Shown here: piece by piece, positions 56,151 to 64,000 of the stretch | Numbering within the stretch: position 1 is the stretch's first letter | Layout: every line of letters begins with the position of its first letter | From: a virus | Taxonomy: Duplodnaviria > Caudoviricetes | Direction: 5' to 3' (one strand) | Length of the DNA: 64,000 nt | IMG/VR virus record: IMGVR_UViG_3300002839_000006 | Span: 1-64,000 of that record | Program-made: the position numbers and the translations under genes | Notes under the pieces: model-generated | The model's database searches: none | What the model was told of the DNA's origin: nothing | Seen by the model: only the letters and a program-made list of their open reading frames with translations

Positions 56151-56555
56151 TTATTTCTTTTTATTTATTCCCAAAGTATTGTTATCAAGATCATAACCGA
56201 ACTTTTTAGCTTCATCTTTTAATGGACTATAGTGATGATGATTATCACATTCTTTCCATAGTTTTTCAATTCTTTCAAAAATAACTTCTTTTGGTTCATC
56301 AATTAATTCAATAGTAACTTTGAATTTTCTAACTGAAACGTCACCATTAAAACAAGATGCATTTTCTTTTTTAAATTGATTTAGATAATAAGATGAACCA
56401 AGTAGGTTTTGAAATGTTTCAAATTCTAACTTTGTTTTAATTTCTTTTTGTTTAGTTTTCATCTTCCAACTCTCCGTAAATTTTATCTTCTTCAATTTGA
56501 ATGTAGTGAGCAACTGCTTCTCTACTTGAATGTAAAGAGCCATCAATAATTCCAA
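56151..56555 (-). CDS. Hypothetical protein
   Basis: ORF track; likely start MKTKQK. Confidence 0.5.
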   Translation of the reverse strand: MELLMALYIQVEKQLLTTFKLKKIKFTESWKMKTKQKEIKTKLEFETFQNLLGSSYYLNQFKKENASCFNGDVSVRKFKVTIELIDEPKEVIFERIEKLWKECDNHHHYSPLKDEAKKFGYDLDNNTLGINKKK

Positions 56556-56793
56556 AAATAAACTGTCTTACACTTCCGGCAGTGATCTTTGGTTTAATGT
56601 CTGAACTTGTTTCTTTAAGGTATGCCTTGATACCTTTAAGTTCTTCCTCTGTTAAGCTGAATGAGATTTTCATTTGTTGTTTCCTTTCATTATGTTTTCG
56701 TTCTTGTTCCAAAAGTGTAGAGTGACATCGATAAACATCAGTACTGCTACAAATAATAAGACAGCAACTATATCTGTATTGTTGTCTGCCCAA
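56452..56793 (-). CDS. Hypothetical protein
   Basis: ORF track; likely start MKISFSL. Confidence 0.45.
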   Translation of the reverse strand: MGRQQYRYSCCLIICSSTDVYRCHSTLLEQERKHNERKQQMKISFSLTEEELKGIKAYLKETSSDIKPKITAGSVRQFIFGIIDGSLHSSREAVAHYIQIEEDKIYGELEDEN

Positions 56794-56819
56794 GTGAATA
56801 GGTTGTGTATCATGATTGA

Positions 56820-57110
56820 TTAAAGATTAAAAGTTTCAACAAGTAAATCTTCAAAGTTTGAATCAGTAGGGATATCATTAATAAGTTCAGGATAAAATTC
56901 ATTAAAATAATTCCAAAAAGTATCAACCCCCCACTCGCCTTCCCCTTCACATCCGTCACAGTCAACATTCATTGTTTTATTGGTGCTTCTTAGTGCATAT
57001 CTTACAATTCTCTTGATAGGGAATTTCTTTTCAATATCTGAATTCAAATAGACGATTTCATTATTATCTAGGATATTCCCTGCTTTGTCCTTTAATGTTA
57101 TTGTTGCCAT
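56820..57110 (-). CDS. Hypothetical protein (CxxCxGxG)
   Basis: Follows promoter motif at 57148-57208. Confidence 0.55.
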   Translation of the reverse strand: MATITLKDKAGNILDNNEIVYLNSDIEKKFPIKRIVRYALRSTNKTMNVDCDGCEGEGEWGVDTFWNYFNEFYPELINDIPTDSNFEDLLVETFNL

Positions 57111-57328
57111 GATGTTTAATTTTAAATTGTTTGAATTAATTATGCCATAAAATTAATATAAATATCGTTAGTTCTTATATCTTAATTAAAAATAAACTTA
57201 ATTTATAAACATTATAAATAATACTGATTGATTATTAAGTAGTTAACTTTATTTAAAAGAGTTATAAATAAAATAAAAGCCTATAATCTGGGAGAAAATA
57301 GGCTTTAAAAAGTAACTAATAGACTATG

Positions 57329-57787
57329 TTAGAAGTTCTGCATCATCTTATAGGAAGCAACTTTGTGGTACATTTTGGCATTGCATTTCTCAAACTTGAC
57401 TTTGTTGATCTTAGCAAATGCTCCACGCACCTCATCTCTGGTATATGATTTATCAAAATAGAGACGATTATTGTTCTCCAGACAAGTAACAACCCAGTCA
57501 CCATCTGCAGGGATACATTTGGGCAGAAGAACTTGAACACAATCACAATGCTTACACTCGGTAACCTGATCCCTCTTATCAGCTGCAGATTCTGTAGTTA
57601 CATATAACCTGCTGTGATCATATTCTGTTCGCCAACAGTTCTTAAGAATAAGTTGAGATATAGCATTAGAAATAGGTAGTAAATCATCTGCTGTGGCATT
57701 GAATTCCTTTCTTATCTCTCTGAAAGTGACTCTACCTTTACCAATGATGAATTCTTCAATTTTCATTTCAAACATTTTGTAATCCAT
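57329..57787 (-). CDS. Hypothetical protein
   Basis: ORF track. Confidence 0.55.
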   Translation of the reverse strand: MDYKMFEMKIEEFIIGKGRVTFREIRKEFNATADDLLPISNAISQLILKNCWRTEYDHSRLYVTTESAADKRDQVTECKHCDCVQVLLPKCIPADGDWVVTCLENNNRLYFDKSYTRDEVRGAFAKINKVKFEKCNAKMYHKVASYKMMQNF

Positions 57788-57821
57788 AGTGATGACTGTT
57801 TTAAATAGGTGTTAACAAAAT

Positions 57822-57851
57822 AAAAGGGAGAGACCACAATGACCTCTCCCC
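57822..57851 (-). terminator. Intrinsic terminator after the DUF932-like gene
   Basis: GGGAGAGGTC-ATTGT-GGTCTCTCCC-TTTT. Confidence 0.8.
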
Positions 57852-57860
57852 GATTATAAA

Positions 57861-58850
57861 TTACTTCAATAATAATAATTGATTGAAAACTCTCTGTGCT
57901 GCTATGGATTCATCACCACCTAAGTTGATGCCAGCCATCTTCCTGTCTTCTGACTTGTAAGTCTTAACATTCTGGAAGTAGGAAGTAACACCATTATAAA
58001 GGTGTAGTGCTGAACCACGATGCAGATCTTGACCAGGAGCAGTCTCTATTGCCCTGAAAACGTCATCTAAGGTATTTCTCTTACGTGTTGAGATGCCATC
58101 AACAGTATTCATCATCTCTATTTCTTCTGCCGTTAGAAACGTGTTATGGATTATATTCTTGGCTACTGTTTCATTCAGTTGAAACTTGACAAGATGATTG
58201 AGGATCTCTTCAAACTCAGCATTATATTTGTAGGAGAGATCAAGTAACTTAGCACCTTCTTTAAGCCTGTCCGACATATTAGCTGTGTGCTTCAGATTGA
58301 TTCTGTTGGTGGCACCTTTAAAAGAGGCATTGAGTGTATTGTTACAGACAACTCTTACATCGGTGAAATATAAGGAAAGAGCACCACCTGCATGTGAGTT
58401 GGTGAATACTAAGAACTTCTCAATGATGTCATCTGAACCATTTATTCTCATATAACCTGGAAGTTTAGCAGTAACGAAAGTAGTCTCGCCTTTGCCAAGT
58501 GCTCCAGCAGTTTCATATATGATGTCTGACTTGGCATTCACCAGTGAGTCCATATATTTGAATGCCTCTATGTTCTGCATCACAGTGTATTTGGATTGTG
58601 CTACTGAATAAAGGATGTCATGATTGTCGGTTCTAATTAAAGAGAAAGAAGAAGTAGGGATGAACTCATCATTGATATTGACAAAGTTTGGTATTTTCTC
58701 AACCTGATAATCGAGGTGAGCTATTTTAAGAACTTCATCTGAGTTCTTTGCTGTTTCAACTACTTGACCTAAATTGTGCCAAGCCTTTTGTTTGAGGAGA
58801 TACAATGATGCTTCTCCTGTTTTTGAATCGATTGCTAAATTGTGTGCCAT
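57861..58850 (-). CDS. DUF932 / phage-plasmid TIGR03299-like protein
   Basis: MAHN..AWHNLG, YETAGALGKG, FTNSHAG, VRVVCNNTL and HTAN motifs. Confidence 0.85.
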   Translation of the reverse strand: MAHNLAIDSKTGEASLYLLKQKAWHNLGQVVETAKNSDEVLKIAHLDYQVEKIPNFVNINDEFIPTSSFSLIRTDNHDILYSVAQSKYTVMQNIEAFKYMDSLVNAKSDIIYETAGALGKGETTFVTAKLPGYMRINGSDDIIEKFLVFTNSHAGGALSLYFTDVRVVCNNTLNASFKGATNRINLKHTANMSDRLKEGAKLLDLSYKYNAEFEEILNHLVKFQLNETVAKNIIHNTFLTAEEIEMMNTVDGISTRKRNTLDDVFRAIETAPGQDLHRGSALHLYNGVTSYFQNVKTYKSEDRKMAGINLGGDESIAAQRVFNQLLLLK

Positions 58851-58874
58851 GATTACGAAATATTAAGTGAATGA

Positions 58875-59120
58875 TTAATTAGTTTCTGATAAAATAACAA
58901 TTTCCAAGTCTTCATTAAAGAAATATTCATCACGACAATCAAAATCATTGTAAGCTACAAGAGGGTGATCATCATCTTTATATTTCTTTTGAACAATATA
59001 TTCAATATCATTAAATTCAAATATGTCATTTTTATGTAAATCTTTTATAGTTGCCATAACGAAATTATTAGTATTTGCTTCTTTTTCTGTTTTTACCCTG
59101 ATCTGATTCTGGATCTTCAA
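58875..59120 (-). CDS. Hypothetical protein
   Basis: ORF track. Confidence 0.45.
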   Translation of the reverse strand: MKIQNQIRVKTEKEANTNNFVMATIKDLHKNDIFEFNDIEYIVQKKYKDDDHPLVAYNDFDCRDEYFFNEDLEIVILSETN

Positions 59121-59354
59121 TCTCTTCTTTTGTTAATTCTGGAATAGATGTGAATGCATTCCAGAGACGTTTTATGAAGTTGAATATTGCTTTCATGATT
59201 AATAGTGTAAGAGGTGTTCTAACTGTAAAGCATTTAATGATAATAGGTAAATTCCATATCCTATTGCAAGAACTGCAAGTGCAAGAATTGTTGCTACTGT
59301 TTCAGGATGATTTTGAGTAAAATTTTTCATGATTAATGGTTTTTAATTATGCCA

Positions 59355-59425
59355 TAAAATTAATATAAAAAACATTAGATCTTATATCTTATTTAATTAT
59401 TTTTAAGAAAAACCTTAATTTATAA
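59355..59425 (-). promoter_or_regulatory. Bipartite promoter-like motif
   Basis: TTATAAATTAAG (59414-59425) and TATATTAATTTTATGGCATAATT, nearly identical to the copy at 57148-57208. Confidence 0.65.
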
Positions 59426-59505
59426 CGATTATAAATAATAATCTAAACAAAGAAAGCATTAATCCGTTAAGAATCAATGCAATAATTAAAGAAATACGAA
59501 ATATA

Positions 59506-59814
59506 TTAATTTATCTTAATCCAACGAAATCCATTAAAAGTAAATTTGATTGAGACAAGTTCATTGATTTTTGATAGGATAGCTATCTCTCCTGAGTTAT
59601 CAAAACCATGAGAGTACCCTCCAAGTGAAGTTAAGATACCAGAAAGGTCTTTACCGGAGACTGTGTTATCATAAATATGGTTGGAATGATTTGCTGGTGA
59701 AAATGAGTCCAGCAAATATGTGTACCATTCTTCTTCCACATCGTTTCTGACTATTAATATGCTTTTACCAGATATTTCTGAGATATAGGATAATGTATTA
59801 GCATTTTTAAGCAT
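59506..59814 (-). CDS. Hypothetical protein
   Basis: ORF track. Confidence 0.5.
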   Translation of the reverse strand: MLKNANTLSYISEISGKSILIVRNDVEEEWYTYLLDSFSPANHSNHIYDNTVSGKDLSGILTSLGGYSHGFDNSGEIAILSKINELVSIKFTFNGFRWIKIN

Positions 59815-60142
59815 GTCTGTTTTGATTAAATTTTTCTTTGATTTCGTTTATCATATCATTACGCTTGGAAGCAACTGCTTCTTTGTCGAATTGTTTAAAG
59901 TGCTTCTTTGCCCTCTTTTTAAGCTCAACTTTCTTATCAGATTCAGATAGGGATTTGAACCTCCCTGCAGACACAGCTATATCTTTAATCTCAATAGGTT
60001 CTAACAAGGTTTCAAGTGTAGAATGGCATAATATACAGTTATCGACTTTGGCTTTAAGAGAGCCATTTATATTAACGTATCTGACATCTGAGATATAAAC
60101 AGTGTAGGAGCAGTCTGGATTAGTGCATTTGAATTGAGGCAT
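59807..60142 (-). CDS. Zn-finger protein
   Basis: FKCTNPDC...CILC. Confidence 0.6.
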   Translation of the reverse strand: MPQFKCTNPDCSYTVYISDVRYVNINGSLKAKVDNCILCHSTLETLLEPIEIKDIAVSAGRFKSLSESDKKVELKKRAKKHFKQFDKEAVASKRNDMINEIKEKFNQNRHA

Positions 60143-60144
60143 GG

Positions 60145-60672
60145 TTAGTTCTTAAAGTTTCTGTAACAATAATAGGCTAGTAAACATGAATCCACGAGAT
60201 TATCGTCGTTCTTCTTACATTTAGGTGTTCTTCTAAAATCAAGTGTAGGGAAGAGTCTCTTAGCAGCCATTTCAGACATGAGCTTTGTATCGTTAACCAT
60301 AGTAAGTCCAGAACCTGAAGGTTTTTTTTGAACAGGAATACCTTCCCAAAGAAGTTTTTGCCACTTCTTGGGTGCCACACGAGTGAAAGAAATTCTGTTA
60401 GCAACTAAGATAGCGTTCACTATACCAACAACATAGCCAAAATTAAACGTCGACTTCGAACTCGAGCCGAAAACGCTGTGCAGATCTTCGATAACACAGT
60501 GAATTATTTCATATTCAGACTTTAGTGATTTAATTAGTCCATCCAAAACAAGTTCATCAATTTCATTACCAATCTTAGGTAAGGGGATAAACTCATATGT
60601 TTTAAGAGTATCATCATAAATAGTGATAAAACCCTGTTTCCCGATATCTATGCCCGCATATATTTTATTCAT
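60145..60672 (-). CDS. RuvC-like Holliday junction resolvase
   Basis: AGIDIG, VIEDLH, STFNFG, PKKWQK and DDNLVDSCLLA motifs. Confidence 0.8.
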   Translation of the reverse strand: MNKIYAGIDIGKQGFITIYDDTLKTYEFIPLPKIGNEIDELVLDGLIKSLKSEYEIIHCVIEDLHSVFGSSSKSTFNFGYVVGIVNAILVANRISFTRVAPKKWQKLLWEGIPVQKKPSGSGLTMVNDTKLMSEMAAKRLFPTLDFRRTPKCKKNDDNLVDSCLLAYYCYRNFKN

Positions 60673-61006
60673 CTTTCAGTTCTATGTTGTAAATACCTTT
60701 ACTTATTGAATATAGGTTACTATAACCAGGTTTTACATCACAAGTGATCCAAGGATAACGTCTTGGGTAAGGTAGTATGTCACCTTCATGATATGGCAGA
60801 GGTGTTCTGATGACTTCTGTCCAAGGTAGAATAGTAGGTTGAGGGATAATATTTGGTGACCAATTAACTATTGTAGAAGTCTCAAGAGTATATTCTTTCC
60901 ACTTATCATCTGGTAGTAATTGAGTAAGTAGATTGACTAAATCCTCAAGTTTTACATTCTCTGATAGGGTAATGGTTTTCTTTTCTGTATCAAGTTGTAG
61001 TTTCAT
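60665..61006 (-). CDS. Hypothetical protein
   Basis: Promoter motif at 61011-61018, 4 nt from the ATG. Confidence 0.6.
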   Translation of the reverse strand: MKLQLDTEKKTITLSENVKLEDLVNLLTQLLPDDKWKEYTLETSTIVNWSPNIIPQPTILPWTEVIRTPLPYHEGDILPYPRRYPWITCDVKPGYSNLYSISKGIYNIELKDE

Positions 61007-61029
61007 GCTATAAAATTAATATTTATTTT

Positions 61030-61383
61030 TTAATTATTAAAAGGTGTTATTGATATGTCAAGGTAGAATAGTTTATCTTCGTGGAAATTCCAATACCCTC
61101 CACGATTAAGATTTATTACATAAGAGTGCCTGTTTCCTGGTAATATACTATACATATATTGTTCTTTTGTATTACGAACTAATCCTGTAAGATGAAGATC
61201 TAAAGCCTGTATTAATTCAAATTCATCTTTAGGATCATCAACCCATGGGATAGCAATTAAATCAAGGTCTCTATTCATACTACCATGTAGTACTAAATTA
61301 TACCCAAATTCTTTAGCTATTATTTTTATATCTTCAAAAATAAAAGAATAGAAGCTTGGTTTTACATGAATTGGTTTATCCAT
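61030..61383 (-). CDS. Small conserved phage protein, possible nucleotidyltransferase fold
   Basis: GYNLVLHGSMNRDLDLIAIPW. Confidence 0.55.
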   Translation of the reverse strand: MDKPIHVKPSFYSFIFEDIKIIAKEFGYNLVLHGSMNRDLDLIAIPWVDDPKDEFELIQALDLHLTGLVRNTKEQYMYSILPGNRHSYVINLNRGGYWNFHEDKLFYLDISITPFNN

Positions 61384-63401
61384 TAGTTAATATATTGTAT
61401 AGAAGATACTCTGTTCTCTTTGGTGACTTTCAGCACCTGACATCCATATTGGTTATGTGGGACATGAGTAGTAATAAGGACATTCTTCTTTAATTCTAAA
61501 TAGGAGTCTGTTAGTAATTTAATTCCAAGTCCATCTGACGAGTTAAAAATTTCGTCCAATGAAAGGAATGATAAGCCACCATATTTATGTGTAGAATTAA
61601 TAGCGTGAGAAACACAATCTATCATAGCAGCTTCTAAGCGATCGTGCTCACCTCCAGAGAATGTACCAATACTATGCGCTTCGCCATCCCTTATAACTGT
61701 AGCAGTAATCTTATCTGAAAGAGTACCGTCACTTTTAATTTTATATCCCGACAGTTCTACTCTCAAATCCGAGTGTATATCGAATAGGAACTTGTTGGCA
61801 TAACCTTCGAGGATTTTGAGTGTCTTAGCACTGAGGAACTGGATAAACTCTTTAAAGGTAAAGCTCCACTTCTTAATCTCAAATATTTCATCATTGATAA
61901 TAGAAGACTCTGTTTCAATTTGCTTGATTTTATTGTTACACGAAATTATATTCTCTTTGATAGAAGCAATTCGTGCTTTGTTATCAAACTTATCAACAGT
62001 TACAGTTACTTTAGAAAGTTCAAGTTCTTCGATCTTAGCTTTGCAGTCTTTAATATAAGACTTGGTAGTCTCATTCTTATCTTTACATAGTTGTATGTTA
62101 TTCTCCAGTGACCCTTTTTCTCTTTCCAGATTAATAATAGAATTTTGGATGTTTCTCTTCTGAGTTCTCAATTCATTCTCTTCAGTTTCTATAACCACCC
62201 TGTCCCTACGTAAATTCCTTAGTGTAGGATCAAAAGCTTCAATAGTTACCTTAACTTCAGCCAATGACTTATTAAGTTCCTCTAAGATAGCCGAAGTCTG
62301 TTTATGAGCTACTTTCTCCTCTTCAATATCAATGTCTTCTTTACCTACAATAAACTGGTGTTGACACTTAGGACATGTAACTGATCCTCTGATGTTGAGA
62401 TCAATCTCGGTAAGTATCTGGGAGACTTCTGAATAGTCCTTAGATAAGGTTGATTTCTTTAGTTCATACTTCTCCTTCTCTTCCTTAGTTTGGACAACCT
62501 TATCATCAACCGCTTTAAACCTTGTTTCGAAGTCAGTGGTATCCTTGTTTAGCTTCTGGATTTCCAGGTTGGCTTTCTGTAGGGATGATAATTGATCGAG
62601 TAACTTGTCTTCGTAAGTAGTGATGAGAGTAATATTGTCTAATACTTTCTTATCAAAATTACCGATTTTTTCACCTTCATCAATTATTAAATAGTCAATT
62701 CTTCTAATTTCATTCTCAACTAATTCTTTCTTATCAGTGGTAAGTTCAATATTGAGATTTTCTTCATGGACTTTAATCATACCAAATATCTCATTCTTCT
62801 CATCGTTCTTTTTTAGTAACACTTTCTCTTTCTCTTCAGTCTCTTTGATGATGTCTTTATCAATACCATCTATAATAGAAGAGTTGGAAAAGCGACCTAT
62901 TAGCTGGACAAGTTGAGTATTAGAAGCATCAAAGAATGATTTATACTTGAACTTAGAAAGTATGAAGAAGTTTTGTAAGTCCTCTGCAGAAATACCTATC
63001 CAATCTATGATACTTTTATCGATTTCTCTTACCATATTATCCTCAAAAGCATATTTGATTATGCCATTAATAGATAGTTGAGATTGACCACCATTCTTGA
63101 CAGAAATGATTCTCTCAATAAGCATGGTTTCTTTACGTATAGGACAGTGAATAGTAAGAGAAACATTTGATTGAGTCTCTCCCCACATGACAAGTTCTTT
63201 ATCATTAGCTTTCTTGGAAGTGGTATGTAAGAGGCACATCTCAATGACTGACACCATTACGGACTTCCCGCTCCCGTTGGATTCCTGCCCGGTATCACTC
63301 TTATTCTCACCAAGTATAAGCACAGGCTCTCCGCTTAGGAAAGTGTATTCAAGTTCTTGAAAGGACTGGAAGTTTTTGGCTGTTATCGAAATTAATTCCA
63401 T
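61383..63401 (-). CDS. sbcC: SbcC/Rad50 (gp46-like) recombination ATPase
   Basis: Walker A NGSGKS, coiled coil with CPKC hook, FSGGE signature, LSLDE Walker B, ITTH. Confidence 0.9.
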   Translation of the reverse strand: MELISITAKNFQSFQELEYTFLSGEPVLILGENKSDTGQESNGSGKSVMVSVIEMCLLHTTSKKANDKELVMWGETQSNVSLTIHCPIRKETMLIERIISVKNGGQSQLSINGIIKYAFEDNMVREIDKSIIDWIGISAEDLQNFFILSKFKYKSFFDASNTQLVQLIGRFSNSSIIDGIDKDIIKETEEKEKVLLKKNDEKNEIFGMIKVHEENLNIELTTDKKELVENEIRRIDYLIIDEGEKIGNFDKKVLDNITLITTYEDKLLDQLSSLQKANLEIQKLNKDTTDFETRFKAVDDKVVQTKEEKEKYELKKSTLSKDYSEVSQILTEIDLNIRGSVTCPKCQHQFIVGKEDIDIEEEKVAHKQTSAILEELNKSLAEVKVTIEAFDPTLRNLRRDRVVIETEENELRTQKRNIQNSIINLEREKGSLENNIQLCKDKNETTKSYIKDCKAKIEELELSKVTVTVDKFDNKARIASIKENIISCNNKIKQIETESSIINDEIFEIKKWSFTFKEFIQFLSAKTLKILEGYANKFLFDIHSDLRVELSGYKIKSDGTLSDKITATVIRDGEAHSIGTFSGGEHDRLEAAMIDCVSHAINSTHKYGGLSFLSLDEIFNSSDGLGIKLLTDSYLELKKNVLITTHVPHNQYGCQVLKVTKENRVSSIQYIN

Positions 63402-64000
63402 TTATATTTGATTTAAAGGATTATTAGGCGATTTGCATCTAGGACCATGATATCTTATCATATTACTAGCGTTTTTGCTTTCAAGCCCACAGTATTCACA
63501 AGTTATAACTTTTCTTCTGGTCCAAGCCTCTTTATAGCGCTGACACGCTTCGGGGCTCTTCTTTGTCCCTTTGAGAGGGTTACCAAATTCTTCAAATCTT
63601 TTTCTTTTAGATTCTTTAATCTGATCCATTTTTTCTTTTGAATGCGTTTTGCCAAAGAAAGGATTATTTTCGCCAGCAAATCTTCCCGTCATGGCATTAT
63701 GTTGTTTCAACTTTGACTCTTCTGATCTGGTTGTTCCAAAGAGTGGGTTGTCTTTACCTAGTTTATGAACACCATACATGGGATTTAATTCTCCAGTTCT
63801 TCCAAACATTGGATTATTTTCCCCTGAAATATCTGGACGGTTCAATTTCATCTTTTCTTTAGAATCTTCTCTATGTTTATACCCAACTTTCTGTCCAGTG
63901 CCTTTGATATGGACATTATAACCCACTAAAGGATTAGTGCAATCTAATTCAACTTGCCAAAATTTTTCTTTACTCGATAAATCTTCATAATTGCAATATT
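63402..64000 (-). mobile_element. Free-standing GIY-YIG homing endonuclease with NUMOD3-like repeats (5' end beyond the window)
   Basis: Frame stays open to the edge: ..YCNYEDLSSKEKFWQVELDCTNPLVGYN (GIY-YIG C-terminal part), GENNPMFG repeats, CEYCG..H..RCK. Confidence 0.75.

Noticed and set aside
3295-63862. Numerous plus-strand ORFs in the track (e.g. 3295..3642, 7544..7846, 25954..26472, 42274..42654, 45175..45525)
   Set aside because: They are antisense shadows of well-supported minus-strand genes (Ser/Phe/Leu-rich mirrors of Glu/Lys codons). Only 16291..16689 has a promoter motif and signal peptide.
1-64000. Stop-codon reassignment as in some Bacteroidota-infecting phages
   Set aside because: All recognisable long genes (MCP, portal, nrdJ, groEL, ligA, sbcC) are intact under the standard bacterial code, and TAG and TGA both occur as apparent stops.
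1-64000. CRISPR array or mini-array
   Set aside because: No regularly spaced 25-45 nt direct repeats were seen. The recurrent AT-rich motifs are single intergenic promoter-like copies.

Overview
64 kb of a large, AT-rich lytic dsDNA phage genome with a contractile tail, almost entirely coded on the minus strand. Signal peptides with Gln at +1 and a TAnnTTTG-like promoter element point to a Bacteroidota host (inference). 1-13.9 kb: head/neck module in SPO1/Twort-like order (tail sheath 5' end, neck proteins, major capsid, scaffold, prohead protease, MuF-like protein). 14-25.8 kb: tRNA(CAU), a lysis cassette and a cluster of fibre/beta-helix proteins that all carry Sec signal peptides. 25.8-30 kb: portal and probable internal head proteins. 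30-30.5 kb: tRNA-Pro followed by a circularly permuted (two-piece) tmRNA gene. 30.6-64 kb: many small hypothetical genes plus class II RNR, GroEL, RNase H, SSB, SNF2 helicase, NAD-dependent ligase, RuvC-like resolvase, SbcC and GIY-YIG endonucleases. The three most interesting signals are (1) the permuted tmRNA with a non-host tag, (2) a recurring [ILFV]-x-K|[ASG] motif, the likely prohead-protease site, which punctuates a dispersed family of modular head-cargo proteins including a Nudix-zincin-zincin polyprotein, and (3) tail-fibre-like genes built for Sec export. All family assignments come from motif recognition by eye; no database searches were run.
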